In this document: positions 40,068 to 48,697 of the stretch, piece after piece | Layout: the number at the start of each line of letters is the position of its first letter | How positions within the stretch are numbered: position 1 is the stretch's first letter | IMG/VR virus record: IMGVR_UViG_3300027770_000032 | From: a virus | Direction: 5' to 3' (one strand) | Length of the DNA stretch: 64,000 nucleotides | The notes under the pieces: model-generated | The model's database searches: none | What the model was told of the DNA's origin: nothing | What the model saw: only the letters and a program-made list of their open reading frames with translations | Translations under genes and position numbers: made by a program

Positions 40068-40890
40068 TATTCAATTTTGGAAAGAATTATGTCCAAATCT
40101 TACGATTGCAGAAATAGATCGTTGGGCAACACCGTCAGAAATTGCTATAGAAGATGTCAAAGATAAAATAGTTAACGACGGATATTTCCATATACCATTT
40201 GACTCATGGAATCTGCCTTTCGATGAAATGACTCGATGCATTGAAAAGTTAAAAGATCTTGATATGCAACCAGTATGGTGTTTTATATACGACGAGTTTT
40301 GGTTATTGACGGTCAAGATCGATGCACACATCAAATCTATTCTTGGTGAAAATTATTATCGGCTTCCTGAAGTGTGGGCATGGCATATCGATCCATCGAA
40401 AGAAGAAAGAGGCTGGAAGATACATCGAGAAGGCGGATATTATAGTACATTTGATGACGGTCTTCCAAAAACTTTAACTATCTGGATTCCTTTAACAGAT
40501 GCAACTTCAGAGAATGGTTGCATGTGTGTCGTGCCAATAGCAAACGATCCTAACTTTTATAATACAGACGAATCGTATTATGCAAATTGGCAAGAAGATT
40601 TTTATGATAATAGTAAAAAAATACTTGAAGCCAAATCAGGAGATGTGCTTGGATGGCATCCGCAGATATTACATTGGGGGAAAAAATCTACTAATAAAAA
40701 TGCAAATCCGCGAATATCAATATCCATGGAGTTTGTTTCGAATCGTATATTAGAACTAAATGATACTGCGTGTTTTTATGACAAAGAAGAACATCCATGG
40801 TTAGATCCATTTTATATTCCAGATCTGACTAAAAAGACAGAACTCATAAATAAGCTAGTATCACGATATCAACATATGTGGGAAAAGTAA
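40060..40890 (+). CDS. PhyH-family 2OG-Fe(II) dioxygenase
   Basis: WKIHRE, TIWIPLTDATSENGCMCVVP, GDVLGW...ILHWG, RISISMEF. Confidence 0.8.
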   Translation: MHDIQFWKELCPNLTIAEIDRWATPSEIAIEDVKDKIVNDGYFHIPFDSWNLPFDEMTRCIEKLKDLDMQPVWCFIYDEFWLLTVKIDAHIKSILGENYYRLPEVWAWHIDPSKEERGWKIHREGGYYSTFDDGLPKTLTIWIPLTDATSENGCMCVVPIANDPNFYNTDESYYANWQEDFYDNSKKILEAKSGDVLGWHPQILHWGKKSTNKNANPRISISMEFVSNRILELNDTACFYDKEEHPWLDPFYIPDLTKKTELINKLVSRYQHMWEK

Positions 40891-41499
40891 ATGCCTGAAC
40901 TAACCAAATACGAAAAATTAGTAAGACTTCAGCCGGTCGATTTTGTGCCTGAGATACAATTGTATCTATGTGATACAGCACATCACATCGTATATCCCGA
41001 TAGATATCCTTGTTGGGCATACGCATGGGTAGGCGGAAAGGCACTTGCCAGATATATTCTTGATAATCCGCAATTAGTTCAAGGCAAAACAATCATTGAC
41101 ATGGCAGCTGGATCTGGAATTGCAGCCATCGCAGCTAAAATGGCTGGCGCTGCAAGAGTAATAGCAGTCGATGACTATACACCGAGTATAGAAATCATGC
41201 AACTCAATGCTGAAGCGAATGGCGTTGAAATAGAATTGGTTCAACAAAGCGTTTTTGACTATCAACCAAGCCACGCCTATGACTTATTCATAATGGGCGA
41301 TCCATTCTATAACGATGATCTCTTCTCGTATGTTGAAAATAATTTCAAACCAGTACTTGTCGGATGCCCGGTAAGATCTCATACTTTGTATTATAATTTT
41401 TATGTAAAAAATCCAATACACACATATACTATTGAATCACCTCCAGGCTACGACGACTATCTCGAATTTGACACACACATTTGGTGGTTAAGTGCCTAA
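40891..41499 (+). CDS. SAM-dependent methyltransferase, family 16 / METTL20(ETFBKMT)-like
   Basis: PCWAYAWVGGKALARYILDNPQLVQGKTIIDMAAGSGIAAIAA, VIAVD, MGDPFY. Confidence 0.8.
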   Translation: MPELTKYEKLVRLQPVDFVPEIQLYLCDTAHHIVYPDRYPCWAYAWVGGKALARYILDNPQLVQGKTIIDMAAGSGIAAIAAKMAGAARVIAVDDYTPSIEIMQLNAEANGVEIELVQQSVFDYQPSHAYDLFIMGDPFYNDDLFSYVENNFKPVLVGCPVRSHTLYYNFYVKNPIHTYTIESPPGYDDYLEFDTHIWWLSA

Positions 41500-42250
41500 A
41501 TTTACGTGTTTATTAACACCAGGAAGATCGGGCTCTACGTTTTTATACACTGCATTTAATCAAATTCCAAATACTATTGCACATGAATCATACTATGTGT
41601 GTACTGATAATATCGAGCAGTGTTTTTCTTCTATTTACGGAAAATCGTTGGCAGAAAAAAACAGATTCATAAAGTCTAAGATCGAATATATCGAAAACTT
41701 AGACTGTGAATACTATGTTGATACTGTATCTCTTATATGCCAAGATAATAACTTAGAGTTGTTTATCGATAACGGTTATAAACCAAATGTCATTACGCTT
41801 CGCCGTGATCCAAGAGATGTTGCCTTAAGCTGGTATAGTTTTGGTTGGGATCCGACTAAGTCGCCTTTAACATCTGTCAATCCAAATGACAAAGATGCCA
41901 TCAAAATCACATTACAGGATCCACATGATTATCAATATTGTTTATGGTATTGCTTTGAGATTGAAAGACTGTGTAGACAATATAAAACAAAACTTGAATC
42001 TTGGGGCGTCAAACATTATGAAACATCCTTGTCTCATATAATAGACAAAGACAAGTTTAATTTGATGTTAGATTTTTTTGAAATGCCTAACATATCAGAG
42101 ATATGTCAAGGTAAAATAAATGAACTGAATGAATTTAAGGTCAGATCATTAGAAAATCATCTAATTCCTGAGTTGCAACAGCAGTTTCTAGAAAACATTA
42201 GAGACAATAATGACATAGAGTTTTTTGATATGGATCAGTGGAACTATTAG
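41492..42250 (+). CDS. Sulfotransferase-like P-loop protein
   Basis: TPGRSGSTFL (5'-PSB-like), AHE, ITLRRDPRDVALSW (3'-PB-like). Confidence 0.7.
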   Translation: MPKFTCLLTPGRSGSTFLYTAFNQIPNTIAHESYYVCTDNIEQCFSSIYGKSLAEKNRFIKSKIEYIENLDCEYYVDTVSLICQDNNLELFIDNGYKPNVITLRRDPRDVALSWYSFGWDPTKSPLTSVNPNDKDAIKITLQDPHDYQYCLWYCFEIERLCRQYKTKLESWGVKHYETSLSHIIDKDKFNLMLDFFEMPNISEICQGKINELNEFKVRSLENHLIPELQQQFLENIRDNNDIEFFDMDQWNY

Positions 42251-42831
42251 TCTCTATAAACAGGAAGTGGAAAACCATATTGTGCTACATTTCCTGGTGA
42301 AACATAATGTAAAAAGGCTTGTGTGATAGATTTTTGTTCTACCTTTGGTCGATAATGCCATCTTCCGTCAAATTCGGTTGTGCCATAAAACATAATAGCA
42401 TCTCCTTCTTCCATAAAGACTTCTACAGGATTTGATCCGTGTTCGTCATCACAGAAACATAAAGACGTTGGCTGATCGCCGTCTTTGTCAATTAGTATAG
42501 TAGCTGAGAATTCACAGACAGAACGATCTCGATGGATCTTGAGTTCAGAATCGGTATAATATTGCCTAAAAAATACATAAGAAGGAATCAATTCAGTATT
42601 AAAGATGTCTTGCACTTTATTCTTATATGCGAGCAGCATACTATCAGCAAAGATAGTAGGTTGATAGTGATCGACATTGCCAATGAGATAAGGATTTGCT
42701 TCTACAGTCTTAATATTCGAAGCCTGTGAAACATCCATAAAAGACTTACAAATCTGAATTACTTCTGCAGATAAAAAGTTCTTGATGAGAACATATCCAT
42801 GTTTTTTAAGATGTTTTCTAGCGTTTTTCAT
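42247..42831 (-). CDS. 2OG-Fe(II) oxygenase
   Basis: PSYVFFRQY...LKIHRDRSVCEFSATI, EGDAIMFYG, WHYRP, QAFLHYV. Start placed at the TAATG-coupled ATG (42831). Confidence 0.8.
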   Translation of the reverse strand: MKNARKHLKKHGYVLIKNFLSAEVIQICKSFMDVSQASNIKTVEANPYLIGNVDHYQPTIFADSMLLAYKNKVQDIFNTELIPSYVFFRQYYTDSELKIHRDRSVCEFSATILIDKDGDQPTSLCFCDDEHGSNPVEVFMEEGDAIMFYGTTEFDGRWHYRPKVEQKSITQAFLHYVSPGNVAQYGFPLPVYRD

Positions 42832-43592
42832 TATATGCCTTTCATCCACTTTGTTCCATGCTTCGAGCTGTACTTTGTTTCAGGATCGTATGCTGCAAAA
42901 TCTTCGTAGCGAGGATCTCCTGGCTCAGCTCGCTTGCCGATGCTATACTCGCCGATATGATTGACGATGTTATTTCCTTCTTCGGTCTTGAGCTTACATG
43001 TTTGCATGCCAAGTTGTTGCAACGATTTCGCGACGACATACTCACTTAAGTTCTTCTCGCCTACTGATTCGGTATGAGGAAGATCTACTATGGCACGCGG
43101 AAAAACACTTGCCAAACTCCAAAAATATGCTTCAGAAAGTTCTCCTCGATATTTTCCGAGTGTAATGTCTGTTTCATAAGCCTGAGTTTCCTCTTCAAAA
43201 TCATACCATTTTTGTCTTGTCAAACATACTTGAGAAACGTTACGATAATCATGTAAGATCTGAGTCATGTCGAGCATTCGAATCGGACAGTTGAACGTCA
43301 CATCATCTTCTGATAGATACACGTAGTCATAATCTCGTTCTCTCAGCAGTTCGAAGGTTCGATTCCATACGTATGGCAAACCCATATTCTGTTGATGTAA
43401 GAAGATCTCGGTAAAACCAAAACTTTTGGCTAACTCGAACATCGTACCATCGTGGCGACCTTTTGGCATATCATCGATAAAGATGCCTTCGACTTCACAA
43501 CCTTCAAAGTCTAACATATCACGCTGAGATTTGAGTGTAGGAATTAAATACTCGAGTCGATTCGTCGACCATATTACTTTACAAACTTTCAT
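42831..43592 (-). CDS. Glycosyltransferase (GT-A fold, family 2-like)
   Basis: NRLEYLIPTLKS, FIDD, NMGL, YVYLSEDD (DxD-like), VSQVCL, HIGE. Confidence 0.7.
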   Translation of the reverse strand: MKVCKVIWSTNRLEYLIPTLKSQRDMLDFEGCEVEGIFIDDMPKGRHDGTMFELAKSFGFTEIFLHQQNMGLPYVWNRTFELLRERDYDYVYLSEDDVTFNCPIRMLDMTQILHDYRNVSQVCLTRQKWYDFEEETQAYETDITLGKYRGELSEAYFWSLASVFPRAIVDLPHTESVGEKNLSEYVVAKSLQQLGMQTCKLKTEEGNNIVNHIGEYSIGKRAEPGDPRYEDFAAYDPETKYSSKHGTKWMKGI

Positions 43593-44140
43593 CTCACTTG
43601 CTCCGTGTCAAAAAAGAATGTCTGAAAAAGACGTCCATCATATAAATCTTTCCCAAAGTAATCTAAGCTAGCATGGAAAAGGTCACCGCTATAAAGAATC
43701 AATCGATTGTATTTGTTGCCTACAACATCGATTCGATCCCACTTGGTATAGTCATATGCTTCGTGCTCGTTTGTTGGAGCCCGATATTCGCCTGTTTCTT
43801 TGTGCCGATACATGGCAGTGCCAGCGGTATATGGAGCATCTGGTGACAAGTAGCATACACCAGCCCACATGCTTGTATGATCGCAATGAATCCACGTTCG
43901 ATCTAAAGCGGTAGCGTATTGAAAGGCACCAGTATAACCGGAATCTTCGTGCCAATTGGAAATCTTTCCGACTGGATTCATCCAATGCTGAATGCAATCT
44001 TTGACATCTTGTGTCAAGAATGAAGGTGTTCGTTTTCCTGGATAGTTACCTATGACGCCAAAGTCTTGAGTTAAAGCAAAGGCTCTGACCGCGTCTGGAT
44101 TGATATAGAAGTTATCAATAATCATCAAGTCTAAATTCAT
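43589..44140 (-). CDS. 2OG-Fe(II) oxygenase, DUF6445-like
   Basis: IIDNFYINPDAVR, NYPGKRT, WIHCD, WAGVCYLSP, YNRLILYSGDLFHAS, RLFQTFFF; GAGG RBS. Confidence 0.8.
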   Translation of the reverse strand: MNLDLMIIDNFYINPDAVRAFALTQDFGVIGNYPGKRTPSFLTQDVKDCIQHWMNPVGKISNWHEDSGYTGAFQYATALDRTWIHCDHTSMWAGVCYLSPDAPYTAGTAMYRHKETGEYRAPTNEHEAYDYTKWDRIDVVGNKYNRLILYSGDLFHASLDYFGKDLYDGRLFQTFFFDTEQVR

Positions 44141-44171
44141 AATATTTCAAGTCCTCATGCTATACTAGTTG

Positions 44172-44179
44172 TATTTATA
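44172..44179 (-). promoter_or_regulatory. T4-type late promoter on the minus strand driving the three reverse-oriented enzyme genes
   Basis: TATTTATA on + = TATAAATA on -, 31 nt upstream of the 44140 start. Confidence 0.8.
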
Positions 44180-44184
44180 CGTCT

Positions 44185-44192
44185 TATAAATA
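44185..44192 (+). promoter_or_regulatory. T4-type late promoter for the gp13 operon
   Basis: Exact TATAAATA, 33 nt before the gp13 ATG. Confidence 0.85.
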
Positions 44193-44225
44193 GCTAGACA
44201 CATAAATATAATAAAGAGGTATTCG

Positions 44226-44969
44226 ATGGCAACTCCTACTACAAAAGCGACATTTAAAGAGTATTGCCTTCGGAAGCTCGGCAAACCAGTCATTGAGATT
44301 AACGTCGACGATGATCAGGTAGATGATCGCATCGATGAAGCAATTCGTTACTGGTATGACTATCACTTCGATGGTTCAGAGAGAATATACTATAAGCATG
44401 CTATCACGTCAACTGACGTAACAAACAAGTATATCACTCTTCCAGAGAATATCATTGGTGCTGTCAGCATCTTCTCGATGGGTGATCCTTCGATTCGCTC
44501 TGACGACCTCTTTAATATTCGCTATCAGATCGCACTGAATGATATTTATACTTTGACAAACGTATCTCTTGTTCCATACTACATGGTCATGGAACATCTT
44601 GCACTCATGACTGAGCTTCTTGTTGGTAAACAACCTATTCGTTATTCTCGTCACAAAGATCGTCTTTATGTTGATATGGATTGGAATACAGTTGCTGTCG
44701 GTGAATTCTTACTCGTCGAAGCTTACGAAGTTGTAGATCCAGAAACATGGACAGATGCTTATAACGATCGTTGGCTTCAAAACTATGCTACGACTTTGAT
44801 TAAAGAACAATGGGGTTCGAATCTTACAAAGTTTACTGGAATGTCCTTACCGGGTGGAGTACAGTTTAACGGAGAGAAAATCTACAATGACGCGGTCGAC
44901 GCAAGAACTAAGATGGAACAAGAAATGATTTCATCTTATTCCCTTCCGGTTCTCGATATGATAGGTTAA
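44226..44969 (+). CDS. gp13: Neck protein gp13
   Basis: YCLRKLGKPVIEINVDDDQVDDRIDEA...YHFDG, KEQWGSNLTKF...LPGGVQFNG. Confidence 0.92.
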   Translation: MATPTTKATFKEYCLRKLGKPVIEINVDDDQVDDRIDEAIRYWYDYHFDGSERIYYKHAITSTDVTNKYITLPENIIGAVSIFSMGDPSIRSDDLFNIRYQIALNDIYTLTNVSLVPYYMVMEHLALMTELLVGKQPIRYSRHKDRLYVDMDWNTVAVGEFLLVEAYEVVDPETWTDAYNDRWLQNYATTLIKEQWGSNLTKFTGMSLPGGVQFNGEKIYNDAVDARTKMEQEMISSYSLPVLDMIG

Positions 44970-44973
44970 CCCT

Positions 44974-45702
44974 ATGACAACCAATTTCTATTTTAACAAC
45001 TTTACAAATAGTCAAGAGCAGATCTTAATCGAGGATCTGGTTCTTGAGTCTATTCAAATATATGGTCATGATGTATTCTATTGTCCTCGTACACTCGTAG
45101 CCAAAGATGAAATCTACGAAGAAGATGCAGTATCAGAATACAACAGTAATTACTTAATTGACATGTATATTCGTAGCTATGAAAGTTACGAAGGCGACGG
45201 GCAATTCTTGTCGAAGTTTGGTCTTGAAATCAGAGATCAAGTCACATTTACTGTCTCTGTTCGTAACTTTATGAATGAGATCGGAAACGTTGAGATGATC
45301 GATCGTCCTCAAGAAGGCGATCTGATTTATCTTGCAATGGCAGATCGTTTAATGTATGTGAAGTATGTGAACAAAACTCCTGTCTTTTATCAGATGGGCG
45401 CTATCCAGATGTATGATCTTGTTTGTGAGATGTTCGAGTATGGTAGCGAGAAGTTGAATACAGGTATTACAGCTATCGATAGCATTGAGAAAAACTCCAG
45501 TCTAAGTCTCGATGCCTTTGGAATCTTGACGAATGACAATTTACTTCTGATTACTCAAGAAGGAAATCCAATCATACAAGGTAGCTATGATTTTGGCACA
45601 CAAGCCGGAGATGCATTCGAAGATAATATCGAGTTTGAAACAGACGGGGACACTATCCTTGACTGGACGCAGATAGATCCGTTTAGTGAAGGACAAGTAT
45701 AA
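44974..45702 (+). CDS. gp14: Neck protein gp14
   Basis: EQILIEDLVLESIQIYG, LSKFGLEIRD, RPQEGDLIY, DPFSE. Confidence 0.92.
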   Translation: MTTNFYFNNFTNSQEQILIEDLVLESIQIYGHDVFYCPRTLVAKDEIYEEDAVSEYNSNYLIDMYIRSYESYEGDGQFLSKFGLEIRDQVTFTVSVRNFMNEIGNVEMIDRPQEGDLIYLAMADRLMYVKYVNKTPVFYQMGAIQMYDLVCEMFEYGSEKLNTGITAIDSIEKNSSLSLDAFGILTNDNLLLITQEGNPIIQGSYDFGTQAGDAFEDNIEFETDGDTILDWTQIDPFSEGQV

Positions 45703-46532
45703 TGTTTGGAAGAACATGGAATCATGACAGTTTAAGAAAATACATCATTGTATTTGGTACTGTCTTCAACGATATCTATATCAATCGACTTAGCTCGACT
45801 GGAGAAGTACTTCAGACTCTGAAAGTCCCTTTAACGTACGGTCCAAAAGACAAAATACTTTCGAGACTCGAACAAAGCCCGAGACTCGATAATCAAGTTG
45901 GTATTATTCTTCCTCGTATTTCTTTTGAAATGACGACTTTAGAATATGATCCTACTCGTAAGTTAAACACTCTGAATAAGCTGACGAAGCAATCTGCAAC
46001 CGCGGGCACCGATGACGAAGTCAAGTATCAATATCAACCTGTTCCATATGATATGCAGTTCGAAATGAACATCTTAGTGAAGAATGCCGAAGATGGCACG
46101 CGTATCGTAGAGCAGATCGTACCTTACTTTACACCAGCTTTTACCGTAAGCGTGAATGTTGTACCAGAAGTCGATAGCGCGCGAGATATTCCTATTGTTC
46201 TAAATAGTATCTCTTCTCAAGATCAATATGAAGGCAACTTCGAACAAAGAAGAGCTTTAATATGGACACTTAGCTTTACATTGAAAGGTTGGTTGTACGG
46301 ACCATCGAAGAAATCAAAACTAATTAAACACGCTGAAACTGTATTTAGATTTCCAGAAGATGTCGCGACCGGAAATACTAATAGCACAGCGAATACGATA
46401 GTAGTGACTTCACGTCCTGGACTCACCGCGAACGGAGAACCTACTACCAACACTGCTTTAAGTATTTCGTATGAAGATATTATAAGTACAGATGACTATG
46501 CCATTATTAATACAATTACTGAGAATATCTAA
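45702..46532 (+). CDS. gp15: Tail sheath stabiliser/terminator gp15
   Basis: RKYIIVFGTVFNDI, KVPLTYGPKDK, LPRISFEM, PVPYDMQFE, EQIVPYFTP, KGWLYGP. Confidence 0.92.
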   Translation: MFGRTWNHDSLRKYIIVFGTVFNDIYINRLSSTGEVLQTLKVPLTYGPKDKILSRLEQSPRLDNQVGIILPRISFEMTTLEYDPTRKLNTLNKLTKQSATAGTDDEVKYQYQPVPYDMQFEMNILVKNAEDGTRIVEQIVPYFTPAFTVSVNVVPEVDSARDIPIVLNSISSQDQYEGNFEQRRALIWTLSFTLKGWLYGPSKKSKLIKHAETVFRFPEDVATGNTNSTANTIVVTSRPGLTANGEPTTNTALSISYEDIISTDDYAIINTITENI

Positions 46533-46921
46533 TGAGCAATGAACTTGATAAATTTTTAAACATCGCCGCCGGCGATAACTTACCAGCTGTGATCGAAAAA
46601 AAGATGAGTACTCAAGTCTCGGCTGACTTTGAATTTGCTCGCGAGAATATGATGGAAGTCATTAATAAAGGGCAAGAAGCTCTCTTCGATCTAATGGATG
46701 TGGCAAAACAAAGTCAACATCCAAGAGCATATGAAGTACTTGCTGGAATGATGAACACTATGGTCGGAGCGAGTAAAGATCTTTTGGATTTACAAGTCAA
46801 AAAGAAAAAATTGATGGAAGATGATCCTTCTGCTTCTCCACAACAAGTCACAAACAATCTTTTTGTTGGTTCGACTGCAGAGTTACAAAAATATCTAAAG
46901 CAGCATAAAGATGGCGAGTGA
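46532..46921 (+). CDS. gp16: Terminase small subunit gp16
   Basis: DFEFARENM, HPRAYEV, NNLFVGSTAELQK. Confidence 0.92.
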   Translation: MSNELDKFLNIAAGDNLPAVIEKKMSTQVSADFEFARENMMEVINKGQEALFDLMDVAKQSQHPRAYEVLAGMMNTMVGASKDLLDLQVKKKKLMEDDPSASPQQVTNNLFVGSTAELQKYLKQHKDGE

Positions 46922-48584
46922 AAATTACTTAGGTAATCCTCGATTAAAAAGAGCTGACACAAAGGTCGAGTATACTCCAGAGCAAGTTGCCGAGTATATT
47001 AAGTGCTCTGAGGATCCGATCTACTTCATCTTAACTTACTGTAAGATTGTCAATATTGACAAGGGTTTGATCATGTTCCCGCTCTGGGAATTCCAGAAGG
47101 AAATGATCCTTGCATTCGAAGAGAATCGATTTGTCATCTGTAAGATGCCTCGTCAGGTTGGTAAGACGACGACTGTTGCCGCTTATTTGCTTTGGAAGAT
47201 CGTATTTAACGAAGAATACTCGATCGCTATTCTGGCTAACAAAGATAGACAGGCAAGAGAAATCCTTGGTCGTATTCAGTTGATGTTCGAGCATCTTCCG
47301 AAGTGGCTTCAGATGGGTGTGACTGAGTGGAATAAGGGTAACATTAAGCTCGAGAACGGATCTGAAATCCTTGCCTCAGCTACTTCGTCTTCTGCGATTC
47401 GTGGTACTTCACAGAACATGGTTTACCTCGACGAGTTTGCCTTCGTTCCGACCAATATTCAAGACGAATTCTTTGCTTCGGTCTATCCTACCATTTCATC
47501 TGGTCAAAGTTCGAAGGTTCTGATTACTTCGACACCGAACGGCATGAACATGTTCTATCGTATCTGGACCGAGTCAGAAGAAGGCCGTAATGCTTATGCT
47601 CGTGTCGATGTTCACTGGTCACAGATTCCAGGCCGTGACGAAGCATGGAGAGAACAGACGATCAGCAATACGTCTGAAGATCAGTTCAGACAAGAATACG
47701 AGTGCGAGTTCCTTGGTTCTTCGAATACTTTGATTCATCCTACCAAGCTTCGTAATATGGTCTATAAACAACCGATTGCTCAGGCAGACGGTGGACTCAA
47801 GATCTATGAAGAGCCAGAACCAGATACCATTTATGCTATCGTGGTTGATACTGCTCGAGGAGCCGGAGCAGATTATTCTGCTTTTATTGTCGTCAACGTA
47901 TCGACGATGCCATATCGTCAAGTCGCAGCATTTCGAAACAATCTAATATCTCCATTAATATATCCAAATATTATCTACGGTGCCGCAGTCAAATATAATG
48001 ATGCTCTCGTTCTCGTCGAAACAAATGATATTGGTCAGCAAGTCGCGGACATCTTACACTATGATCTTGAATATGATGGAGTTCTGGTGACTGCGAATAA
48101 TGGTAGAACAGGACAAAGTTTATCAGGTGGTTTTGCTACCACTACACACTATGGAGTCAAAACATCAAAGCAAGTCAAGAGAATTGGTTGTGCCACATTG
48201 AAAACTCTTGTTGAGGGTGACAAGTTTTTAATTTATGATTATGATACTATCTATGAGTTGAGTCGTTTTTCACTCAAGAACACTCTGAAAGGAAATCAGT
48301 CTTACGAAGCAGAAGACGGCAATGATGACATGGCCATGTGTTGTGTTCTCTTTGCCTGGTTGACTACACAACCGTATCTGAAAGAGATTACAAATATCGA
48401 TATTCGTATGCAAATTTACGAGCAGAACGAAAAGATGCTTGAGCAACAGATGCTACCATTCGGTCTCATGAGTACAGGTGATGATGCTCATGACGAAGAA
48501 GTCAATGAGTCGTTATTTGACGGCGGACCAAGAGATGATTTTTGGGTAGCGCAAAAGCGTGGTTTTTTCGAAGGAAACTTTTAG
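46911..48584 (+). CDS. gp17: Terminase large subunit gp17
   Basis: YLGNPRLK, PRQVGKTT (Walker A), YLDEFAF (Walker B), STPNG, VDTARG and GNDDMAM nuclease motifs. Confidence 0.97.
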   Translation: MASENYLGNPRLKRADTKVEYTPEQVAEYIKCSEDPIYFILTYCKIVNIDKGLIMFPLWEFQKEMILAFEENRFVICKMPRQVGKTTTVAAYLLWKIVFNEEYSIAILANKDRQAREILGRIQLMFEHLPKWLQMGVTEWNKGNIKLENGSEILASATSSSAIRGTSQNMVYLDEFAFVPTNIQDEFFASVYPTISSGQSSKVLITSTPNGMNMFYRIWTESEEGRNAYARVDVHWSQIPGRDEAWREQTISNTSEDQFRQEYECEFLGSSNTLIHPTKLRNMVYKQPIAQADGGLKIYEEPEPDTIYAIVVDTARGAGADYSAFIVVNVSTMPYRQVAAFRNNLISPLIYPNIIYGAAVKYNDALVLVETNDIGQQVADILHYDLEYDGVLVTANNGRTGQSLSGGFATTTHYGVKTSKQVKRIGCATLKTLVEGDKFLIYDYDTIYELSRFSLKNTLKGNQSYEAEDGNDDMAMCCVLFAWLTTQPYLKEITNIDIRMQIYEQNEKMLEQQMLPFGLMSTGDDAHDEEVNESLFDGGPRDDFWVAQKRGFFEGNF

Positions 48585-48645
48585 TATCAAATTAAATATA
48601 CGATTAATTTGGGTTTTATGAACAAATACCCTAATTTTTTGAAGT

Positions 48646-48653
48646 TATAAATA
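48646..48653 (+). promoter_or_regulatory. T4-type late promoter for gp18
   Basis: Exact TATAAATA in the gp17-gp18 gap. Confidence 0.85.
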
Positions 48654-48697
48654 AAGTAAATGCAACTTACATGACTAACCTTTAAAGGGAGATAACA

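Noticed and set aside
35947-44140. DNA hypermodification cluster
   Set aside because: No thymidylate synthase-like hydroxymethylase, nucleotide kinase or DNA methylase motifs, and the context is late and structural. Down-weighted rather than excluded.
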